Below, one piece after another: positions 1 to 13,126 of a stretch of DNA of 64,000 bases (within the stretch, counting starts at the first letter, position 1; the number at the start of each line of letters is the position of its first letter). Below the pieces are notes generated by a model, which ran no database searches, was not told the origin of the DNA, and was given only the letters and a program-made list of their open reading frames with translations. The stretch comes from the human T2T-CHM13v2.0 reference genome, Homo sapiens: the NCBI RefSeq assembly GCF_009914755.1, contig NC_060928.1; one strand, written 5' to 3'. The position numbers and the translations under genes are program-made.

Positions 1-49
1 TGGCCTTTACCACAAATTGCAAATACATATTTTTTGGTGTGTATTCACT

Positions 50-190
50 TGTTTAATAATTATCTCCTCCCCAACACACACCTGTCATCTCCTAGAAGAC
101 AGCACTACATTTTTTTTTCAAATAGGTATGTAGTGCTAGGCTCAGTGTCTAGCACAAAATAGCTACTCAATAAAGATTGGTTGAATAAAA
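50..190 (+). mobile_element. L2 LINE 3' end fragment
   Basis: gtgtctagcacaaaatagctactcaataaagattggttgaataa resembles the L2 tail consensus; boundaries approximate. Confidence 0.6.
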
Positions 191-822
191 AGTTGGATGA
201 TTTTTTTGTTCCTGGGGTTATCATTTCTGCACAAAACAATGCACAGTTGTATCCCTTCAATAAAAAGATAACTGAGGATGCATTTAGCTTGTCAGCTGAT
301 TTGTCTGGATCATTTTGGCATTATAAAAGGTGCAGGTCATCCTGAAAATTTCATTTCTAAGTATTACCACTGATCATCAAAGGAATGAATTAACGATAAA
401 GACATCCAAAAATCAAAATGCCATTGTACGACATCTGTCACCTTGAGGTGACACTTCCTCCAAAGAGGGTAAACAAGGAAGCAAAAGTATTGCAATAATG
501 CAAATGAGCATTTGAATACACACTCCAGAAAACAGCAGTGGACAAAAGTTGGAATTAGCAAATATGACATTTACAGTTCAGATCACACCTCAAAAAGACA
601 TAATAATTTATTTTTGATACATCAAATGAAACAACTTAAATTTTTTCACTCTCAATAGTTTCTCCCTTTTGTTTATTGTCATCTTATTCATTTATCAAGA
701 AAGCCCTTCAAGGACTCTCTAGTGCCTTCAGGATGAAGTCCACCCTCCTGTGAAGGATATGCCTGGCCTCCCATAATCTATCCCCTACCCTTTCCTTTGG
801 AGTCACACTCTAACATGTTATC

Positions 823-961
823 AACATTGAATGCTGTCAGTTAAGTTATACTGCTAGACTCCTTTATTATTAAGCATTTTTGAATTTCCACAATGTAGAG
901 AGAAATGTTTTATGAGAAACCTCACAATAAAGTGATATGGGCTAAAGAATATTACTAGATA
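823..961. repeat. 139-bp unique segment; donor of the copy at 2074-2212
   Basis: Direct alignment by eye: 135/139 identical. Confidence 0.95.
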
Positions 962-1469
962 TCCTTTAAAACTTACATCCCTACACCCAGATGATGTACG
1001 ACTCCCAGACTTGAATGGGGAGATGTTCACACATATGGATGATGGAGCTCCACTCCAGAACTGCTGAAATTGTAGGGCTGGAAGCTACTGATTTCAAGCC
1101 TTTTCTCCAGAGGGGTAGATGATAAGCTCGGGATCACTGATATTTCAAGAAAAAATACAATTTAATTATTAGGTAGCTGCCATTGTATTTGGACAATAAT
1201 CTGTGTCAGTTAAAGAATTAAAACAATACAGTCATTTGACTGTTGAACAAAGATATTCAGTTTGGGTAAAAATCCAATCTTTGAGATGAGGAGCAGAATT
1301 TAAAAATGAAATGCAATGAAAAGATTAATTTTGCCTTCAATGTGAAGAGTGAGATACTGATGGTTAGATTTTCAACAAAGAAAAGTCAATGAATCTTAAA
1401 TGAAAATCTATTGTTGGTTAGGCCCTCAGTGTGAGTCAGAGGGTACCTCAAGTTTAGCAGCAAGTTGAC

Positions 1470-1678
1470 CACTAAAGAAACCAGATGAACTCAAGTTCAA
1501 ACCTCAGCTCTGACTTGTAAGAGGCACATGACTTTAGGTAGCAAACTTAACCCCTATAACACTTTGTTTTCTCATCTGTTCAATAGACGTAATTTCTGTC
1601 TCATAGCACTGTTGTAAGAATCAAGCGGTAAAAAATACATAGCATAGAACCTGGCTCATTTAAGAACTCCCAATGCTA
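1470..1678 (+). mobile_element. MIR SINE
   Basis: gttcaaacctcagctctg...tttctcatctg...catagcactgttgtaagaatcaa MIR core. Confidence 0.7.
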
Positions 1679-1702
1679 AAACAGTCTCATAAAGAAGATG
1701 TA

Positions 1703-3336
1703 CATATAAAACCAAAAATGAGCCAATTGCCAAGGCAATCCTTAGGAAAAAGAACAAAGCTGCAGGCATCCTGCTACCCAACTTCAAACTATATTACTCG
1801 GTTAGAGTAACCAAAACAGCATGCTACTGGTACAAAAACAAACACATAAACCAATGGAACAGAATAGAGAACCCAGAAATAAGACCACACACCTACAACT
1901 ATCTGATTTTAACAAAGCTGACAAAAACAAGCAATGGGGAAAGGATTTCCTATTCAGTAAATGGTGCTGGGATAACTGGCTAGCTATATGCAGAAGATTA
2001 AAACCAAACCCCTTCCTTATGCTATATTCAAAAATTAACCCAAGATGGATTAAAGACTCAGTGTAAAACGAAAAACATTGAACGCTATCAGTTAAGTTAT
2101 ACTGCTAGACTCCTTTATTATTAAGCATTTTTGAATTTCCACAATGTAGAGAGAAATGTTTTATGAGGAACCTCACAATAAAGTGCTATGGGCTAAAGAA
2201 TATTACTAGATAAAAACGTTGGAAGACCTAGGCAATACCATCCTGGACATAGGAACAGGCAAAGATTTCATGATGAAGATGCCAAAAGCAATTGCAACAA
2301 AAGCAAAAAATTGACAAATGGGATCTAATTAAGCTAAAGAAATTCTGCACAGCAAAAGAAACTATCAACAGAGTAAACAGACAACCTATAGAATGGGAAA
2401 AAAATTTTGCAAACTATGAACCCGACAAAGGCCTAATATCCAACATCTGTAAGGAACTTCAACAAATTAACAAGAAAAAAAAAACTCCATTAAAACATAG
2501 GCAAAGGACGCAAACAGACACTTCTCAAAAGAAGACCTACATGCAGCCAACAAGAAAATGGAAAAAATCTCAATATCACTGATCATTAAAGAAATGCAAA
2601 TCAAAACCACAATGAGATACCATCTCATACCAGTCAGAATGGCTATCATTAAAAAATCAAAAAATAACATGCTGGCAAGGTCTAGAGAAAAAGGAACACT
2701 TACACACTGTTGGTGGGAGTGTAAATTAGTTAGTTCAACCATTGTGGAATACAGTGTGGCCATTCCTCAAAGACCTAAAAAAAGAAATACCATTCAACCC
2801 AGCAATCCCATTACTGGGTATATTCCCAAAGAAATATAAATTGTTCAATTATAAAAACACATGCACATCTATGTTCATTGCAGCACTCTTCACAGTAGCA
2901 AAGACATGTAACCAACCTAAATGCCCATCTATGATAGACTGGATAAAAAAAATCTGGTACGTATACACCATGGAACACTATGCAGCCATTAAAAGGAATG
3001 AGATCATGTCCTTTGCAGGGATATGGATGGAGCTGGAGGTCATAATCCTTAACAAACTAATGCAGGAACAGAAAACTAAACACTACGTGTTCTCTCTTAT
3101 AAGTGGGAACTAAATGATGAGAACACATGAACACATAGAGAGGAATAGCACACACTGGGGCCTATCAGTGGGTGGAGGATGGGAGGAGGGAGAGGATCAA
3201 GAAATATAACTAATGGGTACAAGGCTTAATACTTGGGTGATAAAATAATTTGTACAACAAACTCCCATGACACAAGTTTACCTGTGGAACAAACCTGCAC
3301 ATGTACTGCTGAATTTAAACTAAAAGTTAAAAAAAA
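1703..3336 (+). mobile_element. 5'-truncated L1 (L1PA13-16-like): ORF2 C-terminus and 3'UTR, interrupted by a 139-bp insertion
   Basis: ORF-track peptides match ORF2p C-terminus ([33 protein letters not shown]); 3'UTR taactaatgggtac...ccatgacacaagtttacc; A-tract near 3329-3336. Confidence 0.93.
2074..2212. repeat. Copy of 823-961 inserted inside L1 ORF2
   Basis: Same orientation, 4 mismatches; L1 sequence resumes after it (ataaaaacgttggaagacc). Confidence 0.95.
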
Positions 3337-4291
3337 TGTATGATAAGAAATTTAACTGCCTTAGAGAAAATTCTTCCAGTTTGTCATGAGAATTTGTCTG
3401 ACTTATTCTAAGGCATGCGTTTGTCGTAATGGAATGCGCCCATTATGCCTCAAAATTTTTTTCTTTCATAACAACACAGGAAATCAAATTAATGTTCCTT
3501 GGGATATATATGTATATCTAATATATATAATATTATGATATTAAATATATATAATATTTTAAGTGCATGAGAAGTATAAAATTTTTTCTGTCTTTTCTGG
3601 TTGTTTGAGGTGACATCTGTGGCTTGCAGTGGACATTTTGTAACAAGCACCTATGATGCACACTGAACTTGTCACTGCCCCTGTGCAGGCCCTAATCCAA
3701 AGAAGCATTGTTTAGTTTCCTGAGTACCTGTGACCTAGAAAAAGACATGTTTCTACAGAGGTAGAGAAAAGCTGGCATGGCAAAGCATGCATAGTGTTTA
3801 ACACTTCTTTCCAGAATTTGCATATGTCCCTCCTGTTCATATCTAATTGGCCAAAACAAGTCACATGGCAACAGAGGTAGACTGGACACATGCAGAGGGA
3901 ATGGCTCCAACCAGCGAAGTCTCAGATGCCAGAGAGAAAGTCATTTGTTGAGGTTAGTGAGGTTAGTTTCGTAAGGGTTTAAGCATTGAATAGCAGATGA
4001 GGATAATGAAAATAAGAGATGACTCTAAAGGCAGTAACATGGAAACACATAAAATTCCTTGTAAAACCTATCAAGAAGTTTGAATTTTATCTTGAAGGCA
4101 GTGAAGAAGCAGTTATGGGTTTAAATAGGAAAGTGGCATAACCTAATTTCTACTTTGGAATGATAACTCTGGCTATAGTGTAAAGACTATTTTTTTGTAC
4201 ACCTTGAATTACCAGGAGGGTATCCAAGTGAAGATATACAGAAAATAGTTGTATACACAGGAATGGAAGAAGTCGTTGGGGTACAGACTTT

Positions 4292-4508
4292 AGAATTTCC
4301 AAATGTGTCACCTTGGATCAGATGTGGCCCACAGACTTGATTTGTTTGCCTGCAAGGATGTAAAAGGCTTTGAATTATAAGGTCTTTTGATGGGGCATTT
4401 GCTCCTCAGTGGGCTGTGATCCCCACCATTACTTGTCCTTTCCCTTTCTGGTTTGCACATTTTGTTAACTAACTTGCTCCTGAAGGCATTTGGGTGTGTT
4501 ACTTCTGA
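4292..4508. mobile_element. MER102-like hAT-Charlie fragment
   Basis: Terminus cctgaaggcatttgggtgtgttacttctg resembles MER102; a similar end occurs at ~19870-19900. Confidence 0.5.
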
Positions 4509-4514
4509 TATAGT

Positions 4515-4608
4515 TAGGGTTGCAGAATAAAATATATGATGCCCAATTAAATTTGAGTGGCTTTTAAAAAATTTCTCGTATTTTTATTTGCCAAAGCTGC
4601 CAACATTA
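4515..4608. mobile_element. Internally deleted MER53-like hAT MITE
   Basis: Termini tagggttgcag...gctgccaacatta with gatgcccaattaaatttga, as in MER53. Confidence 0.6.
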
Positions 4609-6687
4609 AGTACACTTGATAATTTAAGCCATAGCAATGGATGGTATTAGCAAGGACAGTATGTAGGTTAGAAGAAAGAAGAAAGTAGGTTCTAGGCAGT
4701 GCCTGGCACATAGAAGAGAGTCAATATTTACCTTTCGTGGATAAGGTCTGAAGGCAAAAGCAGAGAATTATCAACATTTAAGGAATAGTTAAGAGAAATG
4801 TGATGGAGAACAGAAGTAGAAAGGAATCCAAGAGTATAGAGTGAATGAAACCAAGAACAAAAAGTACCTTAGGAGAGGTCAACAATGTCACATATTGCAG
4901 AGATATTAAACAAGGTAAGAACTGAAATTTTTCCACTAAATTTGTGACAGGAACATGACTGGTGTCCTTGGATGAACATTTTGATAGAGTAGCAAGGGCA
5001 AAAACAGTTGTCTTCAACTGAAGAAATGATGAAGAGAATGTGTAGACAGAACATATAACTCTTCAAAGAATCTTAGCCATGTTGGCAGTGAAGGAAGAAG
5101 TTATAGCTGAAAATAGACATGAAGTCTAGAAACTTTTGCCTTTCTTTTAGAGATATGGCAAAGAGAAGGAATAATCACTGTAGTTATTTTCTTAAAGAAG
5201 CAGACCAATACATGCCCCATAGCACAGCTAGAGATTTGTCCTAGGAAAAGGGATATTGTTGTAGCAGAAACAATGAAAACCTGTGTCCATGCAAGAGTTC
5301 TGGTAGCAAGAGCTTGAGAAGAGTTCTATATGAGGACTTCTACATTTTTCCTGAGAAGCAAGAATGAGGTTTTCTGTTGACTTTGGGTATGGTGGGAGCT
5401 GGGAAACAGAGAGTGATAAGTAAGAAGTTTCCAGTCATCTGAAGAAGATTTCAATGGTCATGTGGATTTTAGGGAAGGGAGCTGGATTGGAAAAATACAA
5501 GAATACTGAGTAGAGTTGAGTGCTCTGTTGGATTAGAGACTACATTCAACCCCAGTGTGCCTTCCAGAGTTCCAACACTCTGCAGGGCTCTGGAACTCCC
5601 TCTCTATGGTGACTCAAGCCTTTCCCTAGGGCATTGCTTCAACATGAAAGAAATCTGTATTTACATGCTGTGTCCCTGCATTAACTCTAGATTTTTAAGT
5701 AATACTGCTATGGATTAATAGAAATGAGTAGCCTGAGAAGGGAAGAAGGAATTAAATCAGGGACAGCTCTAAACTTTGTGTCTTTCTTGACTGGGCTCAT
5801 CTCCTTACATTTTTTAGAGCTAATACATTTGTGTTCAATCAATTTTTAAAGTATTTCTATCTCTGACTCTTTCTCTAGAACATTTAATAAAATATTTAAT
5901 TCTTCTTCATTTGAAGAGAAATTTACCACTTAGTGAAACAGCTTAAATTTTACATATTCCACATTTTTAGACGATATTGCATTTAGATACTCATTTTTCA
6001 ACAAATAATTTTTGAATGTCTTTATATGCCCAGTGCTCTTATTACTAAAGGAGAGTATCTGCTCTCAGAAACTTTGAACAAATTCAGTTATTTAAAAGCA
6101 TCTACCTTTCAAGAAAACCTAGTACATTAAAACTGACTTAAAAATCCAATGCAAAAGCCAAAATGCAAAAACTGAATAAATAGGTAATAAATAAGCCTTT
6201 TATAAATGGATTCACGATAGGTTCCTTTAAGCAAGTTCTCCTAGAGTATATGAATACAATTTCATTTAAAGACCCTCAGTTGATCCACAGCCTTTTAAGA
6301 AAACATCCATTACATTGAGTGAGATGCCTCTTTGTCTGCCAAGTCACCTCTGTGATTCATACATACAATTTTGTGCATTCATTATAATCCACTTCTCTTA
6401 TCACCCTTCCGTCAAGGGCACTGGTGAACATAAGGGGAATTTTGTGTGGGTGCTTAAGTGAAGAACATCTCAGTGTTGGTAAACTCTCTCTCCCGTTCAG
6501 TTTTCCCGTTGTTCTTGCATTTATTCTATCACAAGCTGCCTTGATGATGTGTTTTATCTGGTGCTTATACTGTGCCTAAGGAGTGATATTGACCATGAAG
6601 AATTATTGGAAATATCTTAAGCTCCATGAGTTTAGGAACTTTGTCTCTTTTGCTCAACGTTTTGTCTTATTTATATTTTACAAACAG

Positions 6688-6895
6688 AGAATATTTATTA
6701 TGTGCCAGGTACTGTTCTGAAACACACATATGAATTCATCTAACCTCCATGGCAACCCTATAAAGCAGGTAAAATCATAATTTCTTACTAATGAGGAAAC
6801 TGAAGACAGAGGCTACAGAACTAACGAATGAAAACACTTAGATTTGAACACAGGTAATCTGGCTCTAGATCCTGTGCCTAAAGCCACTATGCTGG
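6688..6895 (-). mobile_element. MIR SINE, flanked by L2 tail pieces
   Basis: atgtgccaggtactgttct...atgaggaaactgaag...atttgaacacagg. Confidence 0.75.
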
Positions 6896-7312
6896 ACTTC
6901 TATCTCATACTTTGATGTCACCCTTGAATTTTCAGAACAAAGCACAATGCCTAGCATATTGTAGATGCTGAATAAATGAACAAATTAATTAATAGAGGCA
7001 AAATAATGTGTTACATTTACATGCCCTTTTCACTAAACCACTAGTTCTCTAAGGTCAACATTTTACCTACTTCACACCTCCAGAATATAGCTTCTAATTT
7101 CAGAATCTACTCAGTGATTCCTTTGGTCGAACCAATAATTATCGAGTGCCCACCCTGATAAGTGCGCTGGTGATATATCAGTTGATTTACCAACTAGTGT
7201 GGGATGAAACTGCCTTATTGAGATGAATGGGGTGTAGTTCTGGGTTTGGTGTGTCAGCTGCTGAGACTGGACATCATTTACCTTCCAGAGCACAACAGTC
7301 TGTTTCTGAGTA

Positions 7313-7642
7313 TAGCCCACCCTCAGTATCCCTGGGAGATTGGTTCCAGGAACCCCCTGGGATACTAAAATCCTCAGATGCTCAATTCCCTGATACAAAA
7401 TTGTGTATTATTTGCATATAAACTATGCACATCTTCCTGTATGTTTAAAATCATCTCTACTTCATTTATGGTACCTCATACCATGTGAATGCTATGTACA
7501 TAGTTATACTGTATTGTTTGGGGAATAATGACAATAACAAAAAGTCTGTGCATGTTCAATACAGAATATTGTTTTAAATATTTTCAATCTGTGGTGGGTT
7601 GAATCATTGGATGCAGAACCCATGGATACGAAGGGCTAACTG
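7313..7642. mobile_element. MER2 (TcMar-Tigger) DNA transposon, full length
   Basis: Matches MER2 consensus end to end (gattggttccagga...ggatgcagaacccatggatacgaagggctaactg); TA TSD at 7311-12 and 7643-44. Confidence 0.9.
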
Positions 7643-8774
7643 TAACTACTAGAATATTCTGAGAATGGATTAAATTCAAAGCAGCCAACCTAACAATGTC
7701 TCTGTTACATATCCGTACCTTTTCAGTGATGATTGTCAAGTACTACAATCTTGAAACACAATTTGAATATTATTATGGCTTCTCATGAATGAAGGGGCAT
7801 TTTCATCTAGAGATTAAGCCCGAAGAAACTGCTACAAAACAATTTGAATTGTAAGATACCAGTACCGGGAGATATAAAGAGAAACACAAAGAGAGGAGTA
7901 TAAAGGTAGAGGTAGTAATTGCCTTCTCTGCAAAGATAGGCAAATGAAGAGAGCTTCTGTTTTAAAGATTTTTATGGAGAGGAGTATTTCCATGACAACT
8001 GAGTACTTAGTTATTCTAATTGTGGGAGAAACAAAGCATCTAAAAAGTCAGGAAATATGTTCCAGGCACACAGAATAAATCTCAGCTAAACTAGGAACAT
8101 GGATGTTTCTTTAAAAGCAGAGAAAATTCACCACTAGACTTCTTATTTTAACTCAATATAAAAATAAGTGAATATTTATTGAGATTCTCTAACTCATTTC
8201 CAATGAGATGTTAACTCTTAATATTGGTTTGAGGTACACAAGGCTCAATACAACCGTAATCTTTGAGTCTTCATCTTAATTATTGAAGATTAAATTAACT
8301 GAGGAAAATATGAAGTGTCCCTGACCTGAATCTGACAGGAATGTGACAAAATCATGGACTTTAAATTTAGTGCTAACTGAATGATCTGCTATATCAAAAC
8401 AGTAATCTCTCTTTACTAAAATACCTTTCTTTACAAAAGACATTATAACCAAAAATCAGTACACTAAGATTTGTTCAAGAAATATTATATATTAGTTAAT
8501 GTAATCTGAGGTACAGCAAGCTGACTTAAGTCAGGTCTAAGTTTAACCAAAATGTACAGAAAACAATGACTTTTAATGTAAGACTAGTCTAATCCAAATG
8601 GACCATTTTCTCTTTGAGGAATTCTATTAAGTGTTGCAAATCATTGCCTTAAAATATGTACTTCCTTTCTCTTTCACCAGAAACATACTTCTTCTGACCT
8701 TTTCAGGCATTCTCCACTGCAAGTTGAGAGTGTGTGTTATTGGTAACCCATGTATACAAATGAGGGGGTGATGA

Positions 8775-8900
8775 ATGCATGGGTGTCAGATTTGGAAGAC
8801 TTTGGTTCAAGCCCCGTTTCAGTCATTTCCTAGCTATTGATCTTGGTGAAATCATTTAACCACTCTAAGCTTCAGTTTTCCCATCTGTTTAAAATGTATA
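8775..8900 (+). mobile_element. MIR SINE
   Basis: ggttcaagccccg...atttaaccactctaagcttcagttttcccatctg. Confidence 0.7.
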
Positions 8901-9279
8901 AAAATGTATCCACTCAGATGTTCATACAACAAATTTTATTGTACACCAGGCAAGAGATTAAGCACTAGAGATAAAAAGAAAAATAAGTTATCACTGTTGA
9001 GAAGTAAGTCTACTAAATAGAGAAATAGTCTAGTAAAGGAGACAGGTATAAAGCATATGTATTTGATATAGTACGTAATCAATTCTATTTTAAAGATATA
9101 AACAAAGCATTAGTTGAGCTTAAAGGATAGGGAGATAACTTCTTGAGGAAGATGAAAACAGTTATTCAGAGTCAGTGATGCTTGAGTTTTCTTACATGAC
9201 TATGCTGAATGGATGGAAGCAGTAAGGGAGACAGGGAAAGAAAGAATCTGGGATGAAAAAATGTCTATTTTCTCAGGTC

Positions 9280-9629
9280 TCCAGTTTTCGTACAGCTATG
9301 AAGAAATACCCAAGACTGGGTAATTTATAAAGGAAAGGAAGTTTAATGACTCACAGTTCCACATGGCTGGGGAGGCCTCACAATCATGGCAGAAGACAAA
9401 GGAGGAGCAAAGGCACATCTTACATGGTGGCAGGCAAGACAGTGTATGCAGGGGAACTGCCCTTTATAAAACTATCAGATCTCATGAGACTTATTCACTA
9501 TCACGAGAACAGCACAGGAAAATCCCATCCCCATGATTCCTCCCACTGGATCCCTCTCACAACACTTGTGGATTAGGGGAGCTACAATTCAAGATGAGAT
9601 TCGGGTGGGGACACAGCCAAGCCATATCA
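9280..9629 (-). mobile_element. THE1 (THE1B/C-like) MaLR solo LTR
   Basis: Ends gagattcgggtggggacacagccaagccatatca, the reverse complement of the THE1 start; internal gactcacagttccacatggctggggaggcc. Confidence 0.88.
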
Positions 9630-9949
9630 CCAGTCTTGAAGGAGAATGACAAAGTTCAGAGAGACTGGGGCATGGTGGCAAGTGGAGGGAGATAGTGACA
9701 GGGATGAAGGCATAGGCCACTTTTCAGCTGCTTAATATGCCAGGTTGAGAAATTGGGAATTTTTCCACAGGAAAGTGGGGAAATGAGATAAGTTATTGCA
9801 ACCAGGATTAACACAATCAGACATTAATTTTTCCTGAAAAATAACAGACTTTTGCCACACTACTTAATTTGAAGCAATGACTGACTCTACTAGTCCTAAA
9901 GCATAAGTTTATGCAAAGCCCTCATGATGAATTAGAAGTTGGTTGCAAA

Positions 9950-10169
9950 TAAGGTGAACAACTCATGCCCTGGGACTTTCTCAGTTTTAGAATTAAAAGT
10001 CCTTCTTTCTGGGAATCTTCTCAGTCATAGTCAAACTGTGATTGCCAAGGACTCTCCAAGTTTGAGCACTGAAAGTCTTGAACTCTCCAAGTTTGAGCAC
10101 TGAAAGTCTTGTGTCCCAGGATCCTCTTCTGCTGAGTCCTGAGCAAACTGAGATGGATAAATCACTCTA
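9950..10169. mobile_element. MER81-like hAT-Blackjack MITE with internal duplications
   Basis: Termini taaggtgaacaactc...gagcaaactgagatggataaatcactcta; core gttt(t/g)agcactgaaagtc present three times. Confidence 0.65.
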
Positions 10170-10935
10170 GTTCTGGTTGTAAAACTGGCAGTAGGAGTGA
10201 TGGGAACAGATGGGCCCTGGCTGCAGTTCTGTGTCTGAGTCAAGCTGCTGTTAACTACATGCACCAGTGGTGCTTTCCATCGTCTTGGAAAACTGAAGGT
10301 GAATACCTAATGAAGAAGAACATGTAACAATTATTTAAAAATTAACATTACTATATACTTCAGAATAAGCCTTCTGATCTAGTCATCCCCTTTTCTTTAC
10401 ATATTCTCAGTAAAGATAAAGGGTAGTCTTTTAGTTTTAGCAAAATAGAATGTTCTCTCTTATACTCTACTTCAAAGAACGTCAGGCAGCAGTGAAGCAG
10501 TTGAGGACCTAGTGGTTGAATGTGTCTCAGACAGATGAGGATGCAGAGTGGTATGCGACACTTTCAGCATTAATGGCTTCACTTACTTTGAGCATGAAGA
10601 TAAATGAATGTTCCTGGCCTGAGCAGACATGATAGAGTAGGCAGACATCAGGAACTAGTGGGAGGGAGGGAAAGATGGAAAAAGAAGAAAAGACGAAAAC
10701 AATAGTAGTAGATTCATGTGTCCATCCCTTGTGGATTCAGAAAGAGACAAACACGAACAGTGAAGATATGTTTCATAGAATCCTCTGAATTCCAAATAAA
10801 ATTGACTTCTTTCTGGCAATGAATAGGTGCCTTTTGCAGGTCACAGGACAGAGCTATACACAACTTAAGATTACAAGCAGTGAGCTTCAGAATTTCGAAT
10901 GACAATACCTCTATCTGTGGGCCCACAAAAGTAGT

Positions 10936-11296
10936 TGTCTTAGTCTGTTTGGCTTGTAAAACAAATTACCTTAGACTGGATAATTTACAAACAACATAAA
11001 TTTATTGCTCATAGTTCTGGAGAGTGGAAAGTCCAATATCAAGGTACCAGCAGACTTGGTGTCTGATGAGAGCTTTCTGCCTGCTTCCAAGATGATGCCT
11101 TCTTGCTGTCTCCTCGCATGGTGAAAAGGCTGAATGAACTCCCTAGGCTTCTTTTATAAGGGCACTAATCCTACTCATTAGGGCTCCACCCCCATGACCT
11201 AATCACCTCCCAAAGGCCCCGCCTCTTAATATTATTGCATTGGGGATTAGATGTAACGTATGAATTTTGGGGGACACAAATATTTAGATGGTAGCA
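10936..11296 (-). mobile_element. MLT1A-family MaLR solo LTR with 5-bp TSD
   Basis: TG...CA termini; perfect TSD gtagt at 10931-35 and 11297-301; ttttataagggcactaatcc motif. Confidence 0.9.
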
Positions 11297-12986
11297 GTAG
11301 TTTTATATGAAAACACCAAAAGAACTTCATTCAGTTCAAGGTGGTTTCCCTATAAAGATGTTCCAGCTACAAAAACCACCACAACTGCATTATAAATAGA
11401 CTCTAATGTGTTTCCAATGTCCAAAGAGAATGAAAAATATAGACTATGCAGTCCATTTGTTCAAGGTGCTCATATAGTACCTTCCTTTAAGGAAAAGGCA
11501 AAAACACTTTCATGTCATCAGCTGAGTATGGTTGCCAAGATGGGTTTTCAATTTACTGCCTTGATTAAATAAATAAATAAACAAACAGTACAGTGATCTA
11601 AAAGCTAATATTGAAATTTCTAAAGCACTTTCTTTTTATTGTTTCCTGGGGAACTTGCTTTACTTTAGAGGCATGTAGCTGTTCTGTAAACTGAGAGGAA
11701 GAATACGCTAGAGGATTTTTTCTAAAATATGCATATTTCCTTTTGTAGAATAGTATTGCCTATTAACAGTTCCATGACTTTAAGTGTTTTACCAATTCAT
11801 AATGAGTGTATGTGTGTGTGTAAATATTTTAAATTATTCATATGAAAATAGTCTATATTAAGGAATGAGATAATTTTACTTAAAAAGCACAAAACATGAA
11901 AAGCTATTAAATATTATTATACCTCAAATACAACAAACAGTAAAAGTAGGTATGATATACTGCCATAATAGTATTATACTTGGTGTTAAAATTATGTCAA
12001 GAATTAACACTATTAAGAAAATTCAGAACTAATAAAAAAGAAAAACTTTGTATTAATATAATATGTAATAAAGTACTATTATAGGGAATATTAAATATAC
12101 AAATTTAGCACTTGCAAAATTCATCCTAGATGACTACTAAAAAGTCTCAACCTCTTGTCATACATTCAGAGAATTTGCATAAAATGTATTTCTCTGGGAA
12201 ACGAACAAATTTGGGTAGTAATATAGTATGGCCTTCCTATTTAACTCTAGTTTTAAAATACCGCTTGTCACATGGTATGATAGTAAGAGGTATGATCAGA
12301 AGCTCTCTGGACCTTCAAGTCTCATAAGATATAATACGTTCATTGTTTCCTGTATTTTGAGGACTACCTACTAATACCTTGAAAGTCCCTTGTGTAGCAT
12401 GGAGTGCCGTTTGGCACATTGTGATTTAATGATGACAAGAATCCTTATAAAGTGTATTCTAAAAATAAAACTTAAAATATGAGGCCAGTTTTACGAATGT
12501 CTTTGTCCCACTAAATGAGTAAATCATCTAATCAATTTAATGCCTATTTGCCTGTCTGCATGATGCATAAATTATTTCAATTATTTGGAAAATGACTTAT
12601 GTGTGGATATTCACATGATATCTCAGTTTGAATGTATTATAAGTACTGACCCCAACTCCCATGGAGGGTGTTAGAAAATCCTGGTATGTGTCCAAGTAGT
12701 GGAGCTGACACCCAGCTTTGTTTGGGCCATGCTTCCTGAAGCTGCAACTTTACACACCATGAGTTCTGCCCCTTCCTCTTTCAGATTTTTAAGGGATTAA
12801 AATCCATGACAGGATCCAGGGTCAATTCAGCCTCTACTTTCAAGAGAAATAAGTGTTGTAAAATCGTTGGAAACTGTTAGCTTAAAGAAAGGCGGGAACA
12901 TATTACAAGCTTCAGTCTTCTAAAGCAATGTCAAATGAAAGAAGGGCTAGACAGATTCTAATTTTTCAAAATCAGAAGTCAGATAA

Positions 12987-13126
12987 GGCTGGGTATGGTG
13001 GCGCATGCCTGTAATCCTAGCATTTTGGGAGGCCGAGGTGGGAGGACTGCCTGAGGCCAAGAGTTCAGGACCAACCTGGCCAACATAGTGAAACATCTCT
13101 AAAAAATATATAAAAATAAAAATAAA
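12987..13126 (+). mobile_element. Free left Alu monomer (FLAM_C-like) with TSD
   Basis: Single Alu arm plus A-tail; TSD agaagtcagat(a/c)a at 12974-86 and 13127-39. Confidence 0.88.

Larger units (their letters stand above)
3950..5600 (-). mobile_element. Fragmented L2 (minus strand) interrupted by DNA transposons
   Basis: Purine-rich L2 antisense motifs such as gaattttatcttgaaggcagtg and gataactctggct; boundaries approximate. Confidence 0.55.

Noticed and set aside
1691-3340. TSD for the first L1 (aaagaagatgta / aaaaaaaatgta)
   Set aside because: Only atgta matches unambiguously; too weak to assert.
3503-3560. TA-rich quasi-palindromic tract
   Set aside because: Ordinary low-complexity (TA)n decay.
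8521-8590. Short perfect palindromes ctgacttaagtcag and agactagtct
   Set aside because: 10-14 bp palindromes are expected by chance in 64 kb.
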